From Candidatus Atribacteria bacterium UBA6794 (lineage in GTDB: Bacteria > Atribacterota > Phoenicimicrobiia > Phoenicimicrobiales > Stramentimicrobiaceae): a stretch of 64,000 bases of DNA. Made by a program: the position numbers and the translations under genes. This document shows positions 20,735-30,642 of this stretch, one piece after another. Numbering within the stretch: the first letter of the stretch is position 1; each line of letters begins with the position of its first letter. Location: the NCBI GenBank assembly GCA_002452835.1, contig DKFO01000072.1, positions 9,902 through 73,901 on the forward strand, given 5' to 3'. The notes beneath the pieces are model-generated. The model saw only the letters and a program-made list of their open reading frames with translations, was not told the DNA's origin and did not search any database.

Positions 20735-20889
20735 TGCCTATACCTGTTTATCAAATGTTTGTTTGGTGTTATTATTTTTACTCAACTTGACATGAAACTG
20801 GGGATACAAATTATTAGCTATTAAATAATTTATATCCCCACATAATTTATATTTCTCAATAATAAATATTTTATTTTTTGATTATTTCA

Positions 20890-21666
20890 TTATTCAGCCT
20901 GGAAATATTTAGCCTTTAACTCTTCCCATTTTGGGGAATTCATAATACGTGTTAAACCTTCATTAATTAATGCTAATAATTCAGTATCTTCTTTCCTTAC
21001 CGCCACACCATATTCTTCACCAGTTTTAATAGTTCCAATTATCTTAATGGCCATTCCCTTTCGTATCGCATCTTCTACCATAACATCATCCATCATGGCA
21101 GCGTCAATTCTGCCATTCAGAAGATCCTGTACTGCTAAAGAAAAGCCATCATATAATTTTAGTCTTTCTTTGGGAAACAAACCAGGAGTAATTAGATTAT
21201 CTTCAATCCACATATGAGCGGTACATCCTCTCTGGGTTCCCAGTAGATAATCACCCATGAAAACTGCAATAGCATTTAGATTAGAGTCTTGAGTCACACA
21301 GATGGCCTGATCTATAGACCAATAGGGAATAGAAAAATTCACTTTTTCCTTCCTCTCTTCGGTAATACTCATGCCGGAAAAGATCAGGTCAATCTTTTTA
21401 GTCAACAGACTGGTTACAATCCCATCCCAGGCGGTAGGCTGATGGATAACTTCAAAACCCAACTCCTGGGCAATCCAGTTTAAGGCTTCTACATCAAAAC
21501 CAGCAGGATTACCTTTTTCATCAATATAGGCATGTGGAGGGTAATCAGCGTCAATACCATTAACATAAACTTTCTTTTCCTGGGCTATACCTGTTCCAAT
21601 CAAGCACGTTACGAAAATTACCAAACAAAATACAATTGAAATAATCCTTTTATTTTTTATCATCAA
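20890..21666 (-). CDS. amino acid ABC transporter substrate-binding protein (family 3 SBP)
   Basis: N-terminal signal/lipobox-like segment. SBP_bac_3-like sequence (LIFSGMSITEERKEKVNFSIPY). Confidence 0.85.
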   Translation of the reverse strand: MMIKNKRIISIVFCLVIFVTCLIGTGIAQEKKVYVNGIDADYPPHAYIDEKGNPAGFDVEALNWIAQELGFEVIHQPTAWDGIVTSLLTKKIDLIFSGMSITEERKEKVNFSIPYWSIDQAICVTQDSNLNAIAVFMGDYLLGTQRGCTAHMWIEDNLITPGLFPKERLKLYDGFSLAVQDLLNGRIDAAMMDDVMVEDAIRKGMAIKIIGTIKTGEEYGVAVRKEDTELLALINEGLTRIMNSPKWEELKAKYFQAE

Positions 21667-21688
21667 AATTCCTCCTTTATTTATTTTT

Positions 21689-21988
21689 TTATTTATTTTT
21701 CTTTAACTTTTCTAATACCAGTTGATAACCGTCAGCACCATAATTTAAACATTTTTTTACTCTACTAATAGTTGCTGAGCTGGCCCCAGTCTTTTTGGCA
21801 ATATCCTCATAAATAAAACCTTCCTTCAACATACGGGCAACTTCTAATCGCTGACTTAATTCCTGTATCTCATTAATAGTTGCCACATCCTCAAAAAAGC
21901 GATAGCACTCCTCCCTATTTTCTAAAAGTAAAATTGCTTTAAATAATTGATCGGTCATTTCATTTCGCCAGCGTGGATAGCTATTCAT
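21689..21988 (-). CDS. YerC/YecD family TrpR-like DNA-binding protein
   Basis: 99 aa. C-terminal HTH IAKKTGASSATISRVKKCL, characteristic of the Trp-repressor-related YerC/YecD family. Confidence 0.7.
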   Translation of the reverse strand: MNSYPRWRNEMTDQLFKAILLLENREECYRFFEDVATINEIQELSQRLEVARMLKEGFIYEDIAKKTGASSATISRVKKCLNYGADGYQLVLEKLKKNK

Positions 21989-22235
21989 AATGATTTACCT
22001 CTCAATCTTTATATCTAAGATATTCAGGGGACTCCGCCCCCTGAAACCTCTCATCATCACCCTCACCTTACCTCTCCCTTCTAAGGGAGAGGAATGAGGA
22101 GCAAATTCAGTAATAAGTAAGCAGTAATAAGTAATAGGCAAACTAAATGCCAGATACTAACGACCAACGACTAACAACCAGCGATTAATTTTGACGATAT
22201 ACGTTATACGTAATAATACGGTTACTATTTTGTTT

Positions 22236-22406
22236 GTCATTGCGAGGAGCGAAGCGACGAAGCAATCTCATCCACTTATACCCGTAGTATTAATGAAAAG
22301 TGGTCAGTTATTGGTTCTAAGTTACAAGACCAAAGATACAGGTATAATAGCATGAGCTTGCCACGCCTGCCCCTAAACTAATGTTTAGAGGCAGGCTCGC
22401 AATGAC
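22236..22406. repeat. ~171 bp element bounded by 11 bp terminal inverted repeats (gtcattgcgag ... ctcgcaatgac) containing a 14 bp-stem hairpin (22365-22396); MITE-like
   Basis: TIRs and the internal palindrome gcctgcccctaaac/gtttagaggcaggc read directly. The 3' module resembles 6966-7010. Confidence 0.4.
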
Positions 22407-22461
22407 CTTTGGCTTTGGTAGTTTATCTTATATAGTATCGAAATTGCTAAGCAATTATTAT

Positions 22462-22662
22462 ATTCAGGGGAGGTATCCCCTGAAACCCCTCAATTATCAG
22501 TATTGAGTATCTAGTATTCAGTATATAGTGTAAATTTTAGTTAAAAATAAAGAAAAATATATTCAGAGAAATACTACCTTGTTTTACAAATAAGATATTC
22601 CAGGGGAAAAATTCCCCTCTTAAAAGGGGTTTCCCGAAGGGATGGGGTGTTCCCCTTAAGAA
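22462..22662. repeat. full copy (B) of a ~200 bp composite interspersed repeat (P1 palindrome, AGTAT iterations, AT-rich core, three GC hairpins)
   Basis: Aligns along its length with 60014-60215 at roughly 85-90% identity by eye. Hairpins ggggaaaaattcccc, tcccgaaggga, ggggtgttcccc. Confidence 0.65.
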
Positions 22663-22996
22663 CCCCGGATTATATAACATAAAACTCAATATAAATTATT
22701 CTCTTTATTATTTTATTTAATATTTTATCTTTGATATCTTTGTTGATATATTTAACTATAGGGCATCGGTATTGTATTGACTCTTTAAATTCAAAATTTA
22801 GACAGCCTTAGATATACTTTATTACATTAAATCATTAATTAATTAATACTGTAGCAGATTATAACATGGCCTTAACAGATTGTCAACTCACCTGAAACAG
22901 TGGATAAAATTTACTACTTTAATTATTTTGAATTATTGCAAGCATCCTACTTTATCATTGGAAACTAATGAAAAGGTAAATTGAGCGGAATTATTT

Positions 22997-24160
22997 TTAT
23001 GGACTTTGATTTGCTATGAGTCTCTGATAAAGGCTTAGCATCTGGTCGGATACGTTATCAATACTGTAACGTTGCACTGTATGTAAGGCATTTTCCGATA
23101 ATTTTTGTCTTAAATCCTTATTCTGAATAAGGTTCTCCAGCTCTCTGGCAAAATGAGCTATATCATCATCTACTAATATTCCATCAACACCATCAGTAAT
23201 AATGTCAATTGCTCCAGGAGCCTTTACCGCCAGAACCGGAAGTCCAGAAGCTAACGCCTCAATAATTACTATACCAAAGGTTTCGGAAGTGGAGCTAAAG
23301 GCAAATATATCTGAAATCTGATAGTAATACTTAACTTTTTCTCTATCCACTGCACCAACAAATTTTACCTTTTCAGTTAAGTTTAAAGAATCTACCAAAT
23401 TTTTTAACTGTCCTACTGCGTTGCCCTCTCCTACTAATATAAACCGAAAATTATTAATTTTTTTATTTTTGATAATTGCTAAAGCCTTAATTATCTTATC
23501 TATATTCTTTTCTAAAGATACTCTCCCTACATATAGTAGTACTACCTCACCTGGGGTTAAATTAAGTTCTTCTTTTAGCCGGTTACATTGCTCATCATTT
23601 TTTTGGCGGAAAACGGCAATATCAATGGCATTGGGAATAACCACAATTTCTTTTTTAATACTATAATGACTGATTAGGTCTTTCATGGATTGTGAGGGAG
23701 TGGTTATCACATTTACTTTATCAGCTAAGTTAAAAATAATTATTCGGATAGCCTCATTGGTAATAAATTGAGGAATGGGAGACATATAATAGCTATAACG
23801 TTCATATTGAGTATGGATAGTTAATACTTTAGGTATCTTCAGTTTGGCAGCATACATTATAGCCGGCATACTTAACACAAAGGGATGATGGAGATGAATA
23901 ATGTCTGGATTAAAACTGGTTATAACCTGACTGGCCTTAAGAGATAAAGGAATAGCAATGGGGTATTTTACTTTATGGGTTAAATTAATAGATTGGTAGC
24001 GGAATACATTTTTCTCTTCATCCTGATAATTATTTACTTTTGGCGCAAAAATATAAGTTTCATGACCCTTTCTTTCATAAGCCTCTTTTAAGGAGACAAT
24101 ACTACTGACTACCCCATTGATTAAGGGCTTGTAACAATTGGTAAAAAAAGCTATCTTCAT
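22997..24160 (-). CDS. glycosyltransferase family 4 (GT-B fold)
   Basis: C-terminal GT1/GT4 signature SETFGIVIIEALASGLPVLA. 387 aa. Confidence 0.8.
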   Translation of the reverse strand: MKIAFFTNCYKPLINGVVSSIVSLKEAYERKGHETYIFAPKVNNYQDEEKNVFRYQSINLTHKVKYPIAIPLSLKASQVITSFNPDIIHLHHPFVLSMPAIMYAAKLKIPKVLTIHTQYERYSYYMSPIPQFITNEAIRIIIFNLADKVNVITTPSQSMKDLISHYSIKKEIVVIPNAIDIAVFRQKNDEQCNRLKEELNLTPGEVVLLYVGRVSLEKNIDKIIKALAIIKNKKINNFRFILVGEGNAVGQLKNLVDSLNLTEKVKFVGAVDREKVKYYYQISDIFAFSSTSETFGIVIIEALASGLPVLAVKAPGAIDIITDGVDGILVDDDIAHFARELENLIQNKDLRQKLSENALHTVQRYSIDNVSDQMLSLYQRLIANQSP

Positions 24161-24240
24161 ATATTCTTATTCACCTTGTTCCTTACTAACGAGTTAAAAT
24201 ATAATTCTAAATGTAATTCTAAATATAATTAACTGCCAGT

Positions 24241-25953
24241 TTATTGGCTATTCTTCATTATTTTTTCCCAGCTGTCTCGCAAGGAGACAATCCGATTGAA
24301 TACTAAATGGTCCGCTCGAGAGTCCGTATCCACACAAAAATATCCTTTTCGCATAAACTGAAACTTTTCTCCAGCTACTGCACTTTTTAAACTGGGCTCT
24401 ACCAGACTGTCATTTAATATTTCCACTGATTTTGGATTTAATTGTTTGATGAAATAATGATCATCTTCCTGGTCGGTTTGGTCTTCTTCCTTATTATTAT
24501 CAAGTAATAGATAATCATACAAGCGTATTTCGGCCTTCAAGGCAAATTTAGCAGAAACCCAGTGTAAAGTACTCTTCACTCTTCGTTCTGCTCCCGGTCT
24601 TCCACTTCTGGTCTCCGGAGCATAAATACAATGCACCTCTTTGACCTCACCAGTTATCTCATCACGCACAAAATTAGTACATTTAATTATATAAGCATTC
24701 TTTAGTCTAACCTCACCTCCTGGTGACAATCGAAAATATTTTTTGGGAGGTTGTTCATGAAAATCTTCTCTTTCGATATATAATTCTTTAGTAAAAGGTA
24801 CTTTACGGCTACCAGCTTCGGCATCTTCTGGATTATTTTCACAGTCCATTTCCTCTATTAAATCTGCTGGATAATTATCAATAATTAATTTTAAGGGATT
24901 TAGTACTGCCATTACTCTGGGGGCCTTTTTATTTAAATCTTCTCTGATACAATGCTCTAAAAAACGTATATCTACCACACTGTTAGTCTTGGCTACTCCA
25001 ATACGTTCACAAAAATTCCTGATGGCCTCTGGGGTATAACCTCTTCTCCTTAAACCGGAAATAGTGGGCAGACGAGGATCATCCCAGCCTGAGACATAAC
25101 CCCCCTCTACCAGGAAACGCAGTTTTCGTTTACTCATGACTGTATTACTTAAATTTAAACGGGCAAATTCAATCTGCTGAGGTGGCTCTGGAAAATGTAA
25201 ACTACTAAGAACCCAATCATATAAAGGACGATGATCTTCAAATTCTAAAGTACATACCGAATGAGTAATACCTTCATAATAATCTTCCAGAGGATGGGCA
25301 TAATCATACATAGGATAAATACACCATTTAGCACCAGTTCTGTGATGAGATTTTTTTATTATCCGGTAAAGTACCGGGTCACGCATATTTAAATTGGGAG
25401 AACTCATATCAATCTTAGCCCTGAGCACTCGAGTGCCATCTTCAAATTTACCCTCTCTCATTTGCTGAAATAAGGTCAAGTTTTCTTCAGGAGAGCGATT
25501 GCGATAGGGACTTTCTTTCCCCGGTTCAGTAAAGGACCCCCGATATTCTTTAATCTCCTCTGGGCTTAAATCACAAACATAGGCCTTCCCCTCTTTAATT
25601 AAGGTCAGGGCATCCTGGTACATTCTTTCAAAATAATCAGAGGCGTAATAAAGACGGTCCCCCCAATCAAAACCTAACCACCGCACATCCTGAATAATTG
25701 ATTCTATATATTCTCTATCTTCTTTAGAAGGATTAGTATCATCAAAGCGCAGATTACATAAACCGTTATTTTTTTCTGCCAGACCAAAATTTAAACAAAT
25801 TGATTTGGCATGTCCAATATGTAAATACCCATTAGGCTCTGGCGGAAAACGAAGATGTACTCTACCACCATATTTATTATTTTTGCGGTCCTCATCAATA
25901 ATAGCCTGGATAAAGTTAACTGGTTCTTTATTAATTATTTCCTTGGTAGGCAT
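24241..25953 (-). CDS. glnS: glutamine--tRNA ligase
   Basis: HIGH motif [19 protein letters not shown]-like VMSKR. C-terminal anticodon-binding beta-barrel extension; the 570 aa length fits GlnRS rather than GluRS. Confidence 0.8.
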   Translation of the reverse strand: MPTKEIINKEPVNFIQAIIDEDRKNNKYGGRVHLRFPPEPNGYLHIGHAKSICLNFGLAEKNNGLCNLRFDDTNPSKEDREYIESIIQDVRWLGFDWGDRLYYASDYFERMYQDALTLIKEGKAYVCDLSPEEIKEYRGSFTEPGKESPYRNRSPEENLTLFQQMREGKFEDGTRVLRAKIDMSSPNLNMRDPVLYRIIKKSHHRTGAKWCIYPMYDYAHPLEDYYEGITHSVCTLEFEDHRPLYDWVLSSLHFPEPPQQIEFARLNLSNTVMSKRKLRFLVEGGYVSGWDDPRLPTISGLRRRGYTPEAIRNFCERIGVAKTNSVVDIRFLEHCIREDLNKKAPRVMAVLNPLKLIIDNYPADLIEEMDCENNPEDAEAGSRKVPFTKELYIEREDFHEQPPKKYFRLSPGGEVRLKNAYIIKCTNFVRDEITGEVKEVHCIYAPETRSGRPGAERRVKSTLHWVSAKFALKAEIRLYDYLLLDNNKEEDQTDQEDDHYFIKQLNPKSVEILNDSLVEPSLKSAVAGEKFQFMRKGYFCVDTDSRADHLVFNRIVSLRDSWEKIMKNSQ

Positions 25954-26256
25954 CTATTTTATTGTCCCTCCTGGTAATTTTCCTTTACTTTTTCGTTCTC
26001 ATTAAAAGTATTCAGGGAGGTATCCCCGAACCCTCCTGAAATACAATTCAAGGTAATAATTTACTCACCCTCACCTTACCTCTCCCTTCTAAGGGAGAGG
26101 GTTAGGGTAGCTGTTAGCTGTCCATAGTGACTTTTATATTACAACATTTAGTTCAAAAAATCTATGCTTATCTTTTTAAAAGGAAACTTATTAGAGTATT
26201 TTTGGTAAGTCTATATCTTTTTTACTTCCCTCCTCCTCTCCCCTCGAGGGAGAGGG

Positions 26257-27192
26257 TTAGGGTGAGGGGGTCTCTGAGGGATGTTCAATAAAAGTAAATA
26301 GATTGGCCTGAGCTTTATAGGTGCCAATAACTTTAACAAAAGTAGTGCATTTATCTAATGCCTTTAAGGCCTCCTGAGTAGCATTATCTGCTAATCCTTT
26401 TTCAAAATCCATATAAAAGACATATTCCCAGGGCTTTCTTTTACTGGGTCTTGATTCTAATCTGGTCAAATTAATTTCTCTTAAGGCAAATTCCTTTAAA
26501 CACCGATAGATAGCACCTGGCACACTTACTACTGCAAAAATAATAGAGGTTTTATTGCTCATTTCCGGGATTTGAGTTTGGGGAGAAAAAACTAGAAAGC
26601 GGGTAAAATTGGAGGGATTATCTTCGATACCCTTCTCTAAAATCTGCATGCCATAATAATAGGCCGCTCTACTACTGGCAATACCAGCTGCCTTTAAATC
26701 TCCTGATTCCTTGATTTGTTTAATACTACCAGCAGTATCATATACTGGTATAATTTGACATCTGGAGAAATTCCTTAATAAATATTTTTCACATTGCGCC
26801 AGGGCTTGGGGGTGAGAATAAATCCTTTCCACTTTCTCCAGTTTAGTATCAGGATGAGTAATGAGACAATGCTCAATTTTTAATATTACCTCACCTATGG
26901 CAAATAGATTTTCAGTTAATAATAAATCGTGGACATTATTTATTCCTCCCGTTTGTGAATTTTCAATCGGTAAAACAGCATAATCTGCTATACCTCTCTT
27001 GACCATCTCGGCAACCTCTTCAAAACTATTCCCAGATAAAATATCGACAGAAGGTCCAAAATATTGTAAGGCAGCCATCTCACTAAAAGAACCTATCTCT
27101 CCCTGTAGTGCTATTTTTTTTCTATACTCATAATCACTCTCTTCCATTATCGCTAACTCCTTTTCTGTATTTTTATATATGGTTAGATTCAT
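26257..27192 (-). CDS. pheA: prephenate dehydratase with C-terminal ACT domain
   Basis: PDT domain (IALQGEIGSFSEMAA ... YSHPQALAQC). C-terminal ACT-like regulatory region. Last gene of the aro supraoperon. Confidence 0.85.
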   Translation of the reverse strand: MNLTIYKNTEKELAIMEESDYEYRKKIALQGEIGSFSEMAALQYFGPSVDILSGNSFEEVAEMVKRGIADYAVLPIENSQTGGINNVHDLLLTENLFAIGEVILKIEHCLITHPDTKLEKVERIYSHPQALAQCEKYLLRNFSRCQIIPVYDTAGSIKQIKESGDLKAAGIASSRAAYYYGMQILEKGIEDNPSNFTRFLVFSPQTQIPEMSNKTSIIFAVVSVPGAIYRCLKEFALREINLTRLESRPSKRKPWEYVFYMDFEKGLADNATQEALKALDKCTTFVKVIGTYKAQANLFTFIEHPSETPSP

Positions 27193-27207
27193 GAGCTAAT
27201 TAACTGA

Positions 27208-28089
27208 TTAACCGGTCATCTTTAGCATCTGTTCTTTAAAATATTTTGCCCTTTCAAAATCTTCTTCTAAGTCAGCTGGATTGTGGGCAATTTTTTCTTT
27301 TATCTTATCTAACCAATCTTCTAATTCCACAATAAAATCTATAGTAAACTTACCATTGGTTTGATAAATATCTTTCCAGATGTTAAAGGGGCTGGTAGCA
27401 ACTCGAGTAATTTCTTGAAAAACATTACCACTTATTTTAAAATATTGATCATTATTATTCTTCTTTACTAATAAGCCCAGCATATTGGACATAATTACGG
27501 CAATCAATTGAGGGAGATGACTTACTAAAGCGACAACACAATCATGTTCGGAGGCATCCATCTTTAGCTCTACTGCACCAATCCGACTTATTAGAGAAGA
27601 CATCTTCTTATGAGCTGAGCTGCTATTTCCTTTTTTGGGAATGACCAGATAAGGTTTCCCCACAAACAAATCAGCGCTGGCATTAGCTATGCCCCCTTTT
27701 TCCAAACCAGCTAAAGGATGGCCACCAATGAAGTCGAATTTGTCCGAAAATATCTGCTCGGCTTCAGCCATAATAGCCATTTTAGTACTACCGGTATCAG
27801 TAAGCAGGCAGTTTGCTGGTAACCACAATTTTAGTTTGGTTAGCAAGCTTATAATTTCTTTAATTGGAGTAGCAAGAATAACAATATCTGCCCCTTTTAC
27901 TCCTTCTTCAATATACTCACTTCCCTGGTCAATTGCCCCAGAATGAAGAGCCTTTGCTAAAAACTCAGCACGATCAACACCAAATACGGTCAGGGAACGG
28001 TCATTTTTTTTCAAAGCCAAACCAATTGATCCCCCAATTAATCCACAACCAATAATAGTGACATTTTTAAAATCACTCTCCTCCTTCAC
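27208..28089 (-). CDS. tyrA: prephenate dehydrogenase
   Basis: Rossmann motif VTIIGCGLIGGSIGLAL. PDH family body. 293 aa. Confidence 0.85.
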   Translation of the reverse strand: MKEESDFKNVTIIGCGLIGGSIGLALKKNDRSLTVFGVDRAEFLAKALHSGAIDQGSEYIEEGVKGADIVILATPIKEIISLLTKLKLWLPANCLLTDTGSTKMAIMAEAEQIFSDKFDFIGGHPLAGLEKGGIANASADLFVGKPYLVIPKKGNSSSAHKKMSSLISRIGAVELKMDASEHDCVVALVSHLPQLIAVIMSNMLGLLVKKNNNDQYFKISGNVFQEITRVATSPFNIWKDIYQTNGKFTIDFIVELEDWLDKIKEKIAHNPADLEEDFERAKYFKEQMLKMTG

Positions 28090-28564
28090 AGCAAAACTCC
28101 TTTACTTTTACTTTATAAGTCATTTTTTCCTTATTAATTATATTTTGAAGCCCTTCTATGGCCAGGATATACCCCAGGTAACCAAAACCCACAATTTGAC
28201 CGGTACAGGCTGGAGCAGTAACCGAACTGGCCCGAAACTGCTCCCGGGAAAAAACATTAGAGATATGAACCTCAATAATGGGTAGGGAACAATCTTCCAG
28301 AGCATCCCTGATGGCAAAACTATAATGAGTATAGGCACCAGGATTAATAACTATGCCGTTTACCCTTCTGGAAAAAGACTGGATAGTATCCACAATTTCT
28401 CCCTCATGATTGGTCTGAGTTATTTCCAATTGGATATCCATTTTAAGCGCATACTTTTCCAATCTCTCATTAATTTCTCCCAGGGTAAGAGTACCATAAC
28501 ATTTTTCTTTTCTTTCTCCTAATCGATTTAAATTTGGTCCGTGAATAATTCCGATCTTTAACAT
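28073..28564 (-). CDS. aroQ: type II 3-dehydroquinate dehydratase
   Basis: IGIIHGPNLNRLGERE...YG; NPGAYTHYSFAIRDAL; IEVHISN. Canonical type II DHQase blocks. Confidence 0.85.
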   Translation of the reverse strand: MLKIGIIHGPNLNRLGERKEKCYGTLTLGEINERLEKYALKMDIQLEITQTNHEGEIVDTIQSFSRRVNGIVINPGAYTHYSFAIRDALEDCSLPIIEVHISNVFSREQFRASSVTAPACTGQIVGFGYLGYILAIEGLQNIINKEKMTYKVKVKEFCCEGGE

Positions 28565-29694
28565 ATTTTTATTCCTCCTTTCTTTTTTTCTGTAAATATA
28601 GCGTTAAAAACATTTGCTACATCCTCTTTCCATATCGGCTGATATAGACCTACTTTCCCAATCGCCTCTGGCAAAACAAAACGTATACCTCCCTTCTTGT
28701 TCTTCTTATCGAGTAAAATGGTTTTCCAGAGTTTTTCCAGGTCAAATTCTTCCCAATTTAGTCTCGGGTTAAGTTGGAGTCTTTTGATGATATCTTCAAT
28801 CTCGTTCATTTCTTTAGTTGGGCAAATATTCTTGTAATGGGCAATTCGTGTTTCCATGATTATCCCGGCTGCCACTGCCTCTCCATGGGTTATATTTTCA
28901 TAACCACCCATTACTTCTAAAGCATGACCAATACTGTGACCCAGATTTAGATAATATCTCTCTTTCCTCTCCCAGGGGTCCTGAAGCACAATCTCACTTT
29001 TTAGTTTTATTGCTCTATTAACCAAGATATTTAGTGCTCTCCTGTTTTTCTTTAATAAAAGATCAATATTCTGTTTAAGCCATTGGAAGAAAGAAGGAGA
29101 TTGAATAATGGCAATCTTTATTGCTTCTACTAAGCCATTTTTCAAATGCTCAACAGGTAGACTTTCTAAAACAGCAGGGTCAATCAGGATAGCAATAGGT
29201 TGATAAAAACTCCCTATAATATTTTTAGCCCGCCAATGGTCAACCGCTACTTTCCCTCCTATACTGCTGTCAATTTGAGCTAACAGAGTGGTAGGTATAT
29301 GAATTAAAGGAATGCCTCTCATAAAGGTAGCCGCCACAAAACCACCTAAATCACCAATCACTCCTCCACCTAAAGTAATTAGGGTGGTAGATCGATTTAC
29401 CTGCCCTTGTAATAACTTATCAAATATTTTTTTAGCGGTGGAGATATTTTTATAGTTTTCACCATCAGGAACTAAAATAACCTTAACCGCTACCTTATGA
29501 TTTAACAAATCAGCAACTAATCGCTTACCATAAAGTTGCTCTAATAAGGGATTGGTTACTAAAACTACTTCTGCTGTTGGTAACAAAGGGATAAGATGGG
29601 TCTTAATATCGGCTAATATCCCCGGCCCTATAATCATCTGGCATTGATATTTGCGCTCAAATTGCATGCAGATAGTTTGTATTTTATCTTTCAC
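28558..29694 (-). CDS. aroB: 3-dehydroquinate synthase
   Basis: GGGVIGDLGGFVAATFMRGIPLIHIPTTLLAQIDSSIGGK. Typical DHQS NAD/metal-binding blocks. Confidence 0.85.
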   Translation of the reverse strand: MKDKIQTICMQFERKYQCQMIIGPGILADIKTHLIPLLPTAEVVLVTNPLLEQLYGKRLVADLLNHKVAVKVILVPDGENYKNISTAKKIFDKLLQGQVNRSTTLITLGGGVIGDLGGFVAATFMRGIPLIHIPTTLLAQIDSSIGGKVAVDHWRAKNIIGSFYQPIAILIDPAVLESLPVEHLKNGLVEAIKIAIIQSPSFFQWLKQNIDLLLKKNRRALNILVNRAIKLKSEIVLQDPWERKERYYLNLGHSIGHALEVMGGYENITHGEAVAAGIIMETRIAHYKNICPTKEMNEIEDIIKRLQLNPRLNWEEFDLEKLWKTILLDKKNKKGGIRFVLPEAIGKVGLYQPIWKEDVANVFNAIFTEKKKGGIKIC

Positions 29695-29698
29695 TAAA

Positions 29699-30568
29699 TC
29701 AACCCCTTCCTATTTCCCTTATCTCTTTTATTGTTTGGTTTATTATCTTTTGGTCGGGATAAATATTGGTCCAGAGATAAAAACTCTCCACAGCCTGATA
29801 TATCAACATCTCTTTGCCATTTATTATTCTATTCCCTCTCTTTTCTGCCCACTGCAGCAAAGGAGTTTTATCAGGATAATAAATTAAATCATAGACAATT
29901 AATTGAGGTGGCAATTTAATTTCTTCTGATAATGGATTTTGTCCTGGATAATACCAGCTACCTAAGGGAGTGGCATTTATGAGCAGGTCTGCCTCACTTA
30001 TTTCTCCCTCCAGAGATGGTCCTGACCATGGGAATATTTTTATTTCACATTGAGGAAAAATGTGCTGAAAGTTTCTTTTTAGCTCTACAGCTCGCCATTC
30101 GCTTCTATTAAAGATGGATATCGCTGAACAACGACCTTCTGCCAGAGCATAAACGACAGCCCTGGCGGCACCACCAGCACCTAAAATTAGGGCTTTTTTA
30201 CCATTAAAGTTAATCCCTCCGTTTTTGCTTAAAGGTTTATGAAAACCAATCCAATCTGTGTTATAACCATATAGTTTCCCATTTTTTCGGACAATGGTAT
30301 TGATTGCTCCAATTCTCTCTGCGGCCAGGTCATTATTATCAATAAACTGCATAGCATTTTTTTTAAATGGAATGGTAACATTAAGTCCACAAATTCCCAG
30401 GGTCCTTGCTCCGGTTATAGCCACCGGTAATTCTTCCCTTTTTATCTGAAAAGGAACATAACAATAATTTAAAGAATAATAACGAATAAATTTATGATGA
30501 ATGAAAGGTGAGATACTATTTTCGATATGTTCACCCAATAAACCAATTATGGAAATTTTATCAGCCAT
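29699..30568 (-). CDS. aroE: shikimate dehydrogenase
   Basis: N-terminal IGLLGEHIENSISP shikimate-binding motif. GAGGAARAV NADP motif. Confidence 0.8.
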   Translation of the reverse strand: MADKISIIGLLGEHIENSISPFIHHKFIRYYSLNYCYVPFQIKREELPVAITGARTLGICGLNVTIPFKKNAMQFIDNNDLAAERIGAINTIVRKNGKLYGYNTDWIGFHKPLSKNGGINFNGKKALILGAGGAARAVVYALAEGRCSAISIFNRSEWRAVELKRNFQHIFPQCEIKIFPWSGPSLEGEISEADLLINATPLGSWYYPGQNPLSEEIKLPPQLIVYDLIYYPDKTPLLQWAEKRGNRIINGKEMLIYQAVESFYLWTNIYPDQKIINQTIKEIREIGRG

Positions 30569-30642
30569 TAATTTTTCTCCCTAAACTATCTTTGTTTATA
30601 GCACTAAATAATTTAATAATTTTTAAAAATAAGCTATTCTTT

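Noticed and set aside
25954-26256. T-box riboswitch upstream of glnS (and similarly upstream of the aro operon)
   Set aside because: I did not find the conserved T-box antiterminator sequence (AGGGTGGNACCGCG) on the coding strand. The region is instead dominated by the REP-like palindromes.
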